DNA of 64,000 bases from contig CAZNKI010000015.1 of NCBI GenBank assembly GCA_964573665.1, positions 556 to 64,555 of the forward strand, read 5' to 3'. A model generated the notes under the pieces. The model was given only the letters and a program-made list of their open reading frames with translations, searched no databases and was not told the DNA's origin. The DNA comes from an uncultured Candidatus Cloacimonadota bacterium. Its GTDB lineage: Bacteria > Cloacimonadota > Cloacimonadia > Cloacimonadales > WRIO01. The position numbers were made by a program, and so were the translations under genes. This document shows positions 9,685 through 18,248 of the stretch, piece after piece (positions within the stretch are counted from its first letter, which is position 1; the number at the start of each line of letters is the position of its first letter).

Positions 9685-9851
9685 CGCAACCTGGTAGGTT
9701 GCGATACGATTGTATGGCAATCTACCAGATTGCCTATTTCTTTAAGATAAATATCGCAAGCTAATAGTTCGCATTTCAAATCAGCAAACAAGGATGTTTG
9801 CAGAACAATGATATTCGTAGACGAGGACGTCCACGAACACAGACGTCCTCG
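9685..9851. repeat. array of five short stem-loops (REP-like hairpin cluster)
   Basis: Hairpins read directly: CGCAACCT-GGT-AGGTTGCG (9685-9703), GGCAATCT-ACC-AGATTGCC (9716-9734), an imperfect GCAAGCT-AAT-AGTTCGC, GCAAACA-AGG-ATGTTTGC (9784-9801), and CGAGGACGTC-N10-GACGTCCTCG (9822-9851). Related hairpins recur at 13.35-13.44, 13.82-13.91 and 36.06-36.17 kb. Confidence 0.7.
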
Positions 9852-9865
9852 TAAAAAATATTTAA

Positions 9866-10666
9866 CTATTCTCTTCGCATTTTACCAGAAACTGAGTCAA
9901 AAGAACTGTCTGTTATTTTACTTTGAACCACAGAGCAATCTCCGCTCACAGTTTCACCTTGATAAGTGTGAATGTTAGAATTATTGATCAATATATCGCC
10001 AGAAACAGAATCAAAATCAAGGAACTGAAGCATTGAATTTAATACTTCAACTGATCCTGATACAGTTTCAACCTGAAGTTTCTTCATCTTCTTTACCTTA
10101 TCAAATGATAAATTTCCACTGACTGATTCAGAAGCCACATTGTCGATAGAGAGTACATCAATGACAAAGATGCTTCCACTGACATTTTCTGCATAGAGAG
10201 AATTAATCGTATTGATCTTGCTGAGGTATGCACTTCCTGAAGTAAGCGACAATTTGATTTCAGGGCATTGATTCATTTCTGAAATGTCAATATCGCCACT
10301 GACTGTTGAAACATCCAATTTACAATTTGCTGGAATAAAAGCAACAATATTCACAATGTTAATTGAACTCTTTGATTTACTTTTTGCAAAAAATTCATTG
10401 CCTGCAATGCCAAACTGAGCATCATCTTTTTCTTTTTCATAATACTCAATACTGATCGAATATTGCTCGTCTTTTGCTGGTTTTATCGTAATCTTGGTAT
10501 TCACGAGATCAAACTTCAAATCACTTGGTAATTGTTTGTAAACAAGTTTCTTTTGCCGGTGTACTTTTAGGTTTTTAAAATCATTATTTGGAAGGTTCAA
10601 TTCCATTCCGATTAAAAGTGACAATAATGCACATAAACTGATAAGTATCATAAAGGCTTTTTTCAT
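9866..10666 (-). CDS. DUF4097-family beta-repeat protein (LiaG-like putative adhesin), secreted
   Basis: Signal peptide. Repeated VSG[DSN] strand motifs: VSGDIDIS, VSGSIFV, VSGNLSF, VSGSVEV, VSGDILI, VSGDCSV. Confidence 0.7.
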   Translation of the reverse strand: MKKAFMILISLCALLSLLIGMELNLPNNDFKNLKVHRQKKLVYKQLPSDLKFDLVNTKITIKPAKDEQYSISIEYYEKEKDDAQFGIAGNEFFAKSKSKSSINIVNIVAFIPANCKLDVSTVSGDIDISEMNQCPEIKLSLTSGSAYLSKINTINSLYAENVSGSIFVIDVLSIDNVASESVSGNLSFDKVKKMKKLQVETVSGSVEVLNSMLQFLDFDSVSGDILINNSNIHTYQGETVSGDCSVVQSKITDSSFDSVSGKMRRE

Positions 10667-10808
10667 AAGAACTCCTATCCCGTTTTGAATATTTTATATA
10701 ATGAAATGCAAAAGAGATGCCAATGATCAAAATGAGTCATTCTGGGCTAAGAAGCAAATATCTGGACGCTTTTAGTGTGTTTCTGATATAAATCTTATCA
10801 ATTTGATA

Positions 10809-12644
10809 TTATTTTATTAAGGGCAGAAGAACTGAAAATGTGCTTCCTTTATTAATTTCAGATTGTACGATGATTTGTCCGTAATGCAGATCCGTAAGTC
10901 TTTTCACAATTGACAGCCCTAAACCCGTACTGCTTTCTCCCTTGGTTCCTTTTCTGCTGGCTTTGGTAAATGGATCAAACACTTTCTGAATCGCATCAGC
11001 TGGAATGCCGATTCCTTGATCACATATCATTAATTCAGCAAAATCATCCCTTTTTTGAGTGATGATCTTTATCTCAGATTCTGGGAAACTAAATTTACAG
11101 GCATTTGAAGTTAGATTAAACAGTATTTGCCAAAACTTCTCAAAATTGATATTTACCATTAATGGTTCAGGATGCTTATCAATACTCACATGCAATTTTT
11201 TATGTTTAGCCTGAAAGTATAGTGAGTCTTCATAATGTTCAATAAATTCATTCAAATTTGTAGCAACCAAGTTCAGTTTAAAATCAGGCATCTGAATCTT
11301 CGAAGTCTCAAGAATGCTATTCACCAAATCTAAAGCTTGCGTGGAAGTCTCATAAATCATTTCTGTAATTTCATTATTGAAGTCTTTTTTCTGATCTAAA
11401 ATATATCGGCTGGCAGTTTTAATGCCCCCAAGGAGATTTTTCAGATCATGAGAAACGATATTGAGAATCGAATCTTTGGACTTGTTTGTCTCAATCAATT
11501 CTTTCTTTTGCTGTTCCATTTCCTGATATGAAAAAATCAGAGCTTCATTCTTCTGTTTTAATAACTCACTCTCTCTTTTCTTTTGTTCAAATTCAAACTC
11601 AGACTGAAGTCTTTTTGCTTCTGCACTCAGATTAATAGAAAACATCTTATCCTTGATTTCATGAGCTTTTTTGTAATATTGAGCAGAAGTTTCGAAATCT
11701 TTTACTTTAAACTTAAATGAAGCATAATCCAGATAAAGTCGGGCGATAATCTCGGTATCCTCTATCACAGGAGATAGCTCAAAAGCGCTTAAATATTGCT
11801 TTTCAGCATTTTCAAAATCATTCTTTGAAGATGAGATCCCCGCAAGTTCCTGAATATTCTGCATGATACCTTGTTTAAAGTTCAGTTTCTCACAAAGCTG
11901 TAGTGATTTTTGATAGTAATCATAGGCAAAATCAAGTTGATCTTTAACTTTATACAAAGAAGCAAGATTTCTGTAAATCAGTGATAAAAGATAATAATCT
12001 TGAGTATTCTCGATCAACTTCAAAGCTCGTTTCATATAAGCCATTGCCAGGGACATATCACCAATTTCACGGTAGTTGTTGCTGATATTGTTCAATGTCA
12101 TCCCAATACTGCTCACATCTTTATTGTGTGAACGTATCTTTAGTGATAAACGTGAATAATACAAGGCATTTTTTCTGTCTTTAAAACGGGAATAAAAGCC
12201 ACCCAGGTTGTGATAAACTTTTCCTAATAAATGTTGATCCTCCATTTGTGAAAGCGGTCCTAGCAATTCCAGATTTCTCTCTATGGCGTCATGAGTTCGA
12301 CCCAAAGATGCTTCCACATTGGCAATGTTGATCATAAGGTTGATATAAGCGTCCAGATCTTTTTCTTTATCAAGAAAGCGTAAAGCAGACAAAAGATGAA
12401 CCTCTGCCTTGTTAAAATGCCCCATCATTGCACAATTGATCCCTGCTAACTGATAATAAACATATCGATCTCGGCTTGAAAGGTTTTCTCCCGCAATATT
12501 AAAAATCAGATCAATGACATCACAAGAGTCTTGCCATTGTTGCTTTTTCGCAAATTCCTCAGTTCTGTCTTTTAAATAATTATATTTTTCATCTATGCTG
12601 TTTAAGTGCTCACATTCCTGTTTCACAAGGTCGATGCTATTCAT
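10809..12644 (-). CDS. cytoplasmic TPR-repeat sensor histidine kinase
   Basis: About 380 aa of TPR-like repeats, then a coiled coil, then an H-box NIVSHDLKNLLGGI and an HATPase domain (DQGIGIP ... GLGLSIVKRL). No TM segments. The track start at 12683 is a TTG lying inside a TTGACA-N17-TACATT promoter, so I prefer the ATG at 12644 (MNSIDLV). Confidence 0.85.
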   Translation of the reverse strand: MNSIDLVKQECEHLNSIDEKYNYLKDRTEEFAKKQQWQDSCDVIDLIFNIAGENLSSRDRYVYYQLAGINCAMMGHFNKAEVHLLSALRFLDKEKDLDAYINLMINIANVEASLGRTHDAIERNLELLGPLSQMEDQHLLGKVYHNLGGFYSRFKDRKNALYYSRLSLKIRSHNKDVSSIGMTLNNISNNYREIGDMSLAMAYMKRALKLIENTQDYYLLSLIYRNLASLYKVKDQLDFAYDYYQKSLQLCEKLNFKQGIMQNIQELAGISSSKNDFENAEKQYLSAFELSPVIEDTEIIARLYLDYASFKFKVKDFETSAQYYKKAHEIKDKMFSINLSAEAKRLQSEFEFEQKKRESELLKQKNEALIFSYQEMEQQKKELIETNKSKDSILNIVSHDLKNLLGGIKTASRYILDQKKDFNNEITEMIYETSTQALDLVNSILETSKIQMPDFKLNLVATNLNEFIEHYEDSLYFQAKHKKLHVSIDKHPEPLMVNINFEKFWQILFNLTSNACKFSFPESEIKIITQKRDDFAELMICDQGIGIPADAIQKVFDPFTKASRKGTKGESSTGLGLSIVKRLTDLHYGQIIVQSEINKGSTFSVLLPLIK

Positions 12645-12837
12645 ATCTTCTCCGTCATTTTTCTGTTTTTGATAATGTAACAAGCTATATTCGCATTTGT
12701 CAAGGAAATGTTTTGTAGAATTATTTTCAAAAGGGAGTTTCGAATCTCATATTTGAATAAAAAAGCCTATAGTATTCGTAAATATTTTATATTTTGATGT
12801 GCCGATTTTTCATCATTATCGATTCGTTTCTATGAAT

Positions 12838-12954
12838 AAAATAGTTGAACCGAGAGCAAGGCGAGACGAAACGGAGGGTATGCCTGAGGTTTTTCGTAAA
12901 AATATTAGGTTTTTTGAAGAAAAATTGGCTTTGGGAGATAGTTGATATCAAGTA
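12838..12954 (+). repeat. ~117-nt intergenic repeat module X, copy 1
   Basis: AAATAGTTGAACCGAG..CGAGACGAAACGGAG ... TTGATATCAAGTA. It aligns with the reverse complement of 36213-36328. Confidence 0.65.
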
Positions 12955-13016
12955 ATTCAATAAAGTAATATCTTTAGAAAAGAAGGTTGGCATAACATTA
13001 AAAGCTTTATTATCAT

Positions 13017-13444
13017 CGATATAAACAATGACTACCCCGTCACTGGCATTGCCAAACCTCTACATTAGGGAAAAAGTTGCATGTGAATTTTAGCTGAATT
13101 GGGATATTTAGCTGTTTGAGCTGAACAATTAATTGGAAATCTGAATCATCCCGTAAATAGTATTAGTACGACCAGCTCAGTTTATTTTATTTATTTCCAA
13201 ATCCATTTATAATTTATAATCCATAATTCACCATTATTTAACCTCTGTGGAGGGGTGGACGCCTTGGCGGACGGGATGGTCAGCTCTTGCTAATGCTCTA
13301 ACTGTATGTAGAGAACCGTTTTATCGCACCTAATATCCTAAAGTAACCCACCAGGTTGCGATTTTTAACGAGCACTCCGTTTGCAGAAATGGTTCAAGCA
13401 GGGATGCTTGAACAACGAAGAAGCAAGCTGGTAGTTTGCTTTAC
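13017..13444 (+). repeat. large non-coding tandem repeat unit, copy A (428 nt, carries a ~60-nt AT-rich insertion at 13180-13242)
   Basis: Direct alignment to copy B. 13286-13444 is identical to 13756-13914 (159 nt), and the central ~108 nt differ at one position. No ORF is conserved. Confidence 0.85.
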
Positions 13445-13544
13445 GATTGTCGATATCTATCACCCCTAAAGGGGCTCTGATTATTGGCATTTGTTTATTA
13501 AGGATTCTGGCGTTCTAAATCATCGTTAAAACAATGTCGATCAA

Positions 13545-13914
13545 CGATATAAACAATGATCACCCCGTCAGCTGGCACTGCCAAACCTCTTCAGAGGGAA
13601 AAAAGTTGCATGTGAATTTTAGCTGATTTGGGATATTTAGCTGTTTGAGCTGAACAATTAATTGGAAATCTGAATCATCCCGTAAATAGTATTAGTACGA
13701 CCAGCTCAATTCCCCTCTGTGGAGGTGGACGCCTTGGCGGACGGGGTGGTCAGTTCTTGCTAATGCTCTAACTGTATGTAGAGAACCGTTTTATCGCACC
13801 TAATATCCTAAAGTAACCCACCAGGTTGCGATTTTTAACGAGCACTCCGTTTGCAGAAATGGTTCAAGCAGGGATGCTTGAACAACGAAGAAGCAAGCTG
13901 GTAGTTTGCTTTAC
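13545..13914 (+). repeat. large non-coding tandem repeat unit, copy B (370 nt)
   Basis: Same orientation as copy A, 528 bp downstream. Contains many short hairpins and a 9-bp long-range complement: CACCCCGTC (13561-13569) with GACGGGGTG (13740-13748). Confidence 0.85.
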
Positions 13915-14001
13915 AAAAGGAATACAGATGATATCACACTCAGGCACATCTTCTTTCTATCCTGTAGAAAAGTCAAAAATGCAAGCAAGCCGAAAAAATA
14001 G

Positions 14002-14040
14002 TTTGACAATCAAAGCACTTGATTTACTTTGACAATCAAA
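14002..14040. promoter_or_regulatory. two direct copies of TTTGACAATCAAA (pseudo-palindrome TTGA-CAA-TCAA), candidate MarR operator/promoter
   Basis: Copies at 14002-14014 and 14028-14040, immediately upstream of the marR-family gene. Each contains a TTGACA -35-like hexamer. Confidence 0.45.
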
Positions 14041-14062
14041 ATATTAAGTTTGAGGAGATGAG

Positions 14063-14467
14063 ATGAAGTTAAGTCAAAATATCATCGAACTTTACGATAA
14101 ATTAACTTCTTGGGAACATGAGGTCATTTGTGATAGCGGAATTACGGTTCAGCAAATTCATACCATTGAAGTCATCGGCGATCATCAGCAAATCAGGATG
14201 AAGGATTTAGCAGACAAACTAGGAATTGTGATGGGAACACTCACCGTAATGGTTCATCGTTTACAAAGATTAGGTCTTGTGAACCGCTCAAAGGATGAAT
14301 CTGATAAACGTTCATTCATCGTCACTTTAACAGAAAAAGGAAATCAAATCTTTAGAGAGCATGAAGAAAAGCATGATTTACTGATCGAAGAAATCACGAG
14401 CAGTTTATCAGATCAGGAAGAAGAAGAGTTTAACCGAATATTAGAAAAAATGCTAAAAAAGTTTTAG
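14063..14467 (+). CDS. MarR-family transcriptional regulator
   Basis: 134 aa with a winged-HTH region (IRMKDLADKLGIVMGTLTVMVHRLQRLGLVNRSKDESDKRSFIV). GAGGAG RBS. Confidence 0.85.
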   Translation: MKLSQNIIELYDKLTSWEHEVICDSGITVQQIHTIEVIGDHQQIRMKDLADKLGIVMGTLTVMVHRLQRLGLVNRSKDESDKRSFIVTLTEKGNQIFREHEEKHDLLIEEITSSLSDQEEEEFNRILEKMLKKF

Positions 14468-14475
14468 GAGAAGAC

Positions 14476-14826
14476 ATGCTTTATTATATCATAAAATTAC
14501 TCATCTCTTCGGCATTGATTGTTTTAATTTCAGAAATTTCCAAGAGAAGTTCAGTGACTGGTGCGTTTTTTGCCTCATTGCCATTAGTCTCAATCTTAGC
14601 CATCATCTGGATGTACATAGAGACAAAAGACATTGAAGCGATTCGGCAATTATCAATAAGCATTTTCTGGTTGGTGATTCCATCACTGGCATTGTTTGTT
14701 TTGTTACCGCTCTTTTTGCATTATCAGATCAGATTCTACTTATCATTGATACTTTCAATTGTTTGCACGGTGATCCTGTATCTAGTATTAATCTATATAC
14801 TACAATATTTTAAAATAAAAATCTAA
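14476..14826 (+). CDS. small four-TM membrane protein (DUF3147-like)
   Basis: 116 aa, four hydrophobic helices, tightly packed between the marR and CDF genes. The family assignment is from memory only. Confidence 0.5.
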   Translation: MLYYIIKLLISSALIVLISEISKRSSVTGAFFASLPLVSILAIIWMYIETKDIEAIRQLSISIFWLVIPSLALFVLLPLFLHYQIRFYLSLILSIVCTVILYLVLIYILQYFKIKI

Positions 14827-14839
14827 TAAAGAGGTAAAA

Positions 14840-15724
14840 ATGAAATGCGAAGCGCTTCATCAAGAAATTGAGACACAAAGAAATCAAAAAAGAACGATAA
14901 TTGTGGTCTTGATCACAGTCATCATGATGATTGCCGAAATCAGTGCAGGCTTGGTCTTTGGATCTATTGCATTATTGTCTGACGGCATCCACATGGGAAC
15001 CCACACATTGGCTTTAATGATTACAGTCATTGCCTATGTTTTAGCCCGTAAACATTCCAGTAATTATCGATTTACATTTGGTACTGGTAAAATCAGTGTA
15101 TTAGGCGGATACACCTCCGCTATAGTGTTGATCATTGCTTCTGGCCTTATGACATGGGAAGCCGTCATGCGATTTTTTAATCCGGTTCAGATTGAGTATA
15201 ATCAATCGATGCTAGTCGCAGTTATCGGTCTCATTGTCAATGTGATCAGTGCAATCCTTTTACGCGAAGACCATGACCATCACCACCATTCAGGATGTGA
15301 ACATCATCACCATGAAGATCATAATCTTAAAGCAGCTTACTTGCATGTGCTTGCAGATGCTTTGACATCTGTTTGTGCCATAGTAGCTTTACTTGGCGCA
15401 AAGTACTACAATCTGGTTTGGTTGGATCCTGTGGTTGGTATTGCCGGAGCGATCGTAGTGATCAAGTGGGGGATCGGATTACTTGGCAGTACAGGGAAAA
15501 TCCTCGTTGACTATTCAGATGACGAAAGTCTAAAAGAAAAGATCATCAACAGCTTAGAAAATGAAGGTGTAAAACTAATTGACTTACATATTTGGGATGT
15601 GCTTAACGGTAAAAAGGCAGTTATTTGCTCTCTCGATTGTCATGATAAAGAAAAAGTAGAAAATTTAAGAAAAATCATCCTGAAAAATGAGATCATCAAT
15701 CATTTAACCATCGAAATCAAATAA
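14840..15724 (+). CDS. czcD: cation diffusion facilitator (CDF) divalent-metal exporter, CzcD/ZitB-like
   Basis: Six TM helices with HxxxD-type motifs (LLSDGIHMGTH, YLHVLADALTS), a histidine-rich loop EDHDHHHHSGCEHHHHEDH and a C-terminal cytoplasmic domain. Confidence 0.88.
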   Translation: MKCEALHQEIETQRNQKRTIIVVLITVIMMIAEISAGLVFGSIALLSDGIHMGTHTLALMITVIAYVLARKHSSNYRFTFGTGKISVLGGYTSAIVLIIASGLMTWEAVMRFFNPVQIEYNQSMLVAVIGLIVNVISAILLREDHDHHHHSGCEHHHHEDHNLKAAYLHVLADALTSVCAIVALLGAKYYNLVWLDPVVGIAGAIVVIKWGIGLLGSTGKILVDYSDDESLKEKIINSLENEGVKLIDLHIWDVLNGKKAVICSLDCHDKEKVENLRKIILKNEIINHLTIEIK

Positions 15725-15748
15725 TAACATACGACGCTGAATATTGAC

Positions 15749-15777
15749 TTGACAAAGTAATATTGAGCTGATATAAA
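15749..15777 (+). promoter_or_regulatory. sigma70-like promoter TTGACA-N17-TATAAA
   Basis: Read directly from the sequence, upstream of the gene starting at 15795. Confidence 0.45.
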
Positions 15778-15794
15778 AGAGATAAGGAGTGTTT

Positions 15795-18230
15795 ATGAAA
15801 CATGTCTTTATCTCTTTTGTATTTACGCTATATGGCTTATTTTTACTCGCCTTGCCTATGCAAAGTGCTTTGGAAACGACAGGTATAGCCCCATGTGCTA
15901 TTTATTTTGATGCGACAAACACAGCGTCAGGCATCATTCAACCCAATCTGATCAACGATCGAAAAGAATATGCTGATTTTTACTATACGTGGGATTTTGG
16001 AGATCCAAACTCAGGAAACTGGCCATTAACTCAAACGCCAAGAAATAAAGATATCGGCTATGTTGCCTGCCACGTGTATCAAACTCCAGGTCAATACACT
16101 GTAAGCCTCAATGTCAAAGATCATAATGGAGTCAATCATCAATACACTCAGGAAATCACAATACTTGATCCAAACATCATTTTTTCTGGAAATAATACAA
16201 TCTGTGTCTCTTCCAGCGGTGATTTTACAGGAGCACCTGTAGGATCATTACAAATTCAAACACAACAAATTAGCGATATTGGCAATTATTTGATTTCAGG
16301 GAAAAGAGTTTTATTGCGTCGAGGAGATAACTGGTCAAGTGCAACAAATATCTTAAAAAGCAATATTCAGGGGCCTGTACATTTAGGTGCTTTTGGAGAG
16401 CCAACAAACATTGATGAATATGGCATCGCAGATAATAATCCGATCATACAATACAGCGGCTCAGACCCGTTCCTTTATCTGATGAATATCAAGAACTGGA
16501 GTATTTACGATCTTCATTTTATCGGCACTAATCGTTCAAATTCTGCAATAGAAACAGGACGTTTTGGTGTTGAGAATATTTTGCAGTATCAGCTTGAATT
16601 TGAAGAATTTGGTACTTCAACCTATATGGTTCACTGGGATTGTGATGGTGCGAATAAACGCTGGGCACTTGTGAACAGCAAGGCTTATCATAATGGTGGA
16701 ATGATCGTCTATACAGGAGCTGAGCATTTAGCAGTCATGGGCAATTTAATTTATGAATCGGATGACACCCATGCCTTAAGAGTTTTTCAGTCATATAAAG
16801 GCGTCATTTCTCATAATTATTGTCACGGGAGCAGTTTTCATTCATCGAGTGGAAGACATGCTTTAAAATTTCATGGACCCTCAGAATCAATTATCAACAG
16901 CACTGGTGGTGACCAACTCAATCAGAGATCTCAATACACGATCGTTTATGACAATATATTTGGCACCTGTGGACCTTGGCCAGTCATGATCGCGCCTCAA
17001 GATAACTGGCAGGATGAACGATTAAGTGACATTCAATTTGAAGGGAATAAAATACTCTCAGATTTTGGGACAGGAAGTGATTCTTCATCACCTGTTCAAA
17101 TTTCACTACATGTCATTGGTGATCATATCACTGTCAAAAATAATATTTTTGATGGAAAAGGTTCGATCAATGGATATACAGGGATAGAAGTCTCAGGCAC
17201 CTCATTTAAAAATTCATACAGTAATCGTATTTTTCACAACAGTTTCTATAAAAACGATTTCCATTCAAACAGCGAAAGCAATTTTACGGGGATATCCATC
17301 AAAGCAAATGCCAATGACACACAAGTCTTCAACAACCTTGTAATGCATCCTTTTGAAAACATTACTTTTGAATACTCTGTACATGATCTTGGGGCAAATA
17401 GTAATATCAGTCAAAACTTACTCACTCATGAACCCGTTTATATCAATCCAGACCATAACCAACCATTGAGCAGAGACTATCATCTCATCGCTCAAAGTCC
17501 AGCAGTGGATCAGGGAATAACATTGCCCGTCGCTCATGATTTTGCACTCAATGCCAGACCGAGCGGGCAAAGTTTTGATATCGGTGCATTTGAGTATCAG
17601 CAGGGAGAATCAACATTACCTGTAATTTTAAGTGCTTTTGACGCTGTTCTATGGCAAAATCAGTATGTTAAAATACTTTGGCAAACAGAATCAGAAGCGA
17701 ATTTACTTGGTTTTCATATTTATAGAAACACCTCCTCTGACTTAAGTCATGCCGTACGAATTTCGCCTGTGATCATCGAAGCAAGCAATAGCCACATCAC
17801 ACAATCTTATACTTTTATCGATCAGGAAACAGAAGAAAATATGAGCTATTACTACTGGTTGAAAATCATAGAAAATAACAGTTCCCAAGAATATTATGGA
17901 CCTTCCATGATTCAAATTACTTCATTTCCGGAAAACCCAAATCCTGTAATCCTAACGCAGTTGAAAAGCATTTCACCTAATCCTTTCAAAGAAGAATGCA
18001 AGATCTACTTTGATCTTCAGGAAGAAGGAGCCGTAAGATTTGATATTTACAACATCAAAGGCAAAAAAGTGAAAAGCCTGTATCAAAGTAATTTAAACAA
18101 AGGCAATCATCAAATCATCTGGCGTGGTGAAGATCAGAATAATCATCAACTACCGAGCGGGATTTATTTTTGTATCATGAAAAGCCTTTATTATCAAAAA
18201 GCACAAAAAATATTATATTTACGAGATTAG
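15795..18230 (+). CDS. secreted PKD-domain / right-handed beta-helix protein with T9SS-type C-terminal sorting domain
   Basis: Signal peptide. PKD motif (YTWDFGDPNSG ... GQYTVSLNVKDHNG). Repetitive beta-helix-like middle region. C-terminus SPNPFKEECKIYFDL ... GIYFCIMKS. ATG at 15795 follows an AGGAG RBS; the track start at 15789 is a GTG. Confidence 0.75.
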   Translation: MKHVFISFVFTLYGLFLLALPMQSALETTGIAPCAIYFDATNTASGIIQPNLINDRKEYADFYYTWDFGDPNSGNWPLTQTPRNKDIGYVACHVYQTPGQYTVSLNVKDHNGVNHQYTQEITILDPNIIFSGNNTICVSSSGDFTGAPVGSLQIQTQQISDIGNYLISGKRVLLRRGDNWSSATNILKSNIQGPVHLGAFGEPTNIDEYGIADNNPIIQYSGSDPFLYLMNIKNWSIYDLHFIGTNRSNSAIETGRFGVENILQYQLEFEEFGTSTYMVHWDCDGANKRWALVNSKAYHNGGMIVYTGAEHLAVMGNLIYESDDTHALRVFQSYKGVISHNYCHGSSFHSSSGRHALKFHGPSESIINSTGGDQLNQRSQYTIVYDNIFGTCGPWPVMIAPQDNWQDERLSDIQFEGNKILSDFGTGSDSSSPVQISLHVIGDHITVKNNIFDGKGSINGYTGIEVSGTSFKNSYSNRIFHNSFYKNDFHSNSESNFTGISIKANANDTQVFNNLVMHPFENITFEYSVHDLGANSNISQNLLTHEPVYINPDHNQPLSRDYHLIAQSPAVDQGITLPVAHDFALNARPSGQSFDIGAFEYQQGESTLPVILSAFDAVLWQNQYVKILWQTESEANLLGFHIYRNTSSDLSHAVRISPVIIEASNSHITQSYTFIDQETEENMSYYYWLKIIENNSSQEYYGPSMIQITSFPENPNPVILTQLKSISPNPFKEECKIYFDLQEEGAVRFDIYNIKGKKVKSLYQSNLNKGNHQIIWRGEDQNNHQLPSGIYFCIMKSLYYQKAQKILYLRD

Positions 18231-18248
18231 AGAAAAAGAGGGGGAAAT

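Noticed and set aside
9822-9851. CGAGGACGTC-N10-GACGTCCTCG hairpin as a bidirectional terminator between convergent genes
   Set aside because: No T-tract follows the stem on either strand; the A-run is on the wrong side. I kept it as part of the REP-like hairpin array instead.
13826-14032. 68-aa ORF in the track (MRFLTSTPFAEMVQ...) inside the tandem repeat region
   Set aside because: It lies across the hairpin-rich end of repeat copy B and has no RBS. The equivalent frame in copy A ends differently. I treat it as non-coding. The same reasoning applies to 12787-12993 (-) and 36034-36225 (-), which run through repeat modules.
12684-14062. NiCo (czcD-motif) or other metal riboswitch upstream of the CDF exporter
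   Set aside because: The repeats are far larger than that riboswitch. They are separated from czcD by a marR gene with its own promoter-like boxes, and I could not find the conserved four-way-junction core. I also found no cobalamin B12-box.
15270-15330. His-codon-rich stretch (CAT/CAC run) as a possible simple repeat or frameshift-prone tract
   Set aside because: It encodes the in-frame His-rich cytoplasmic loop that is typical of CDF transporters. There is no disruption of the reading frame.
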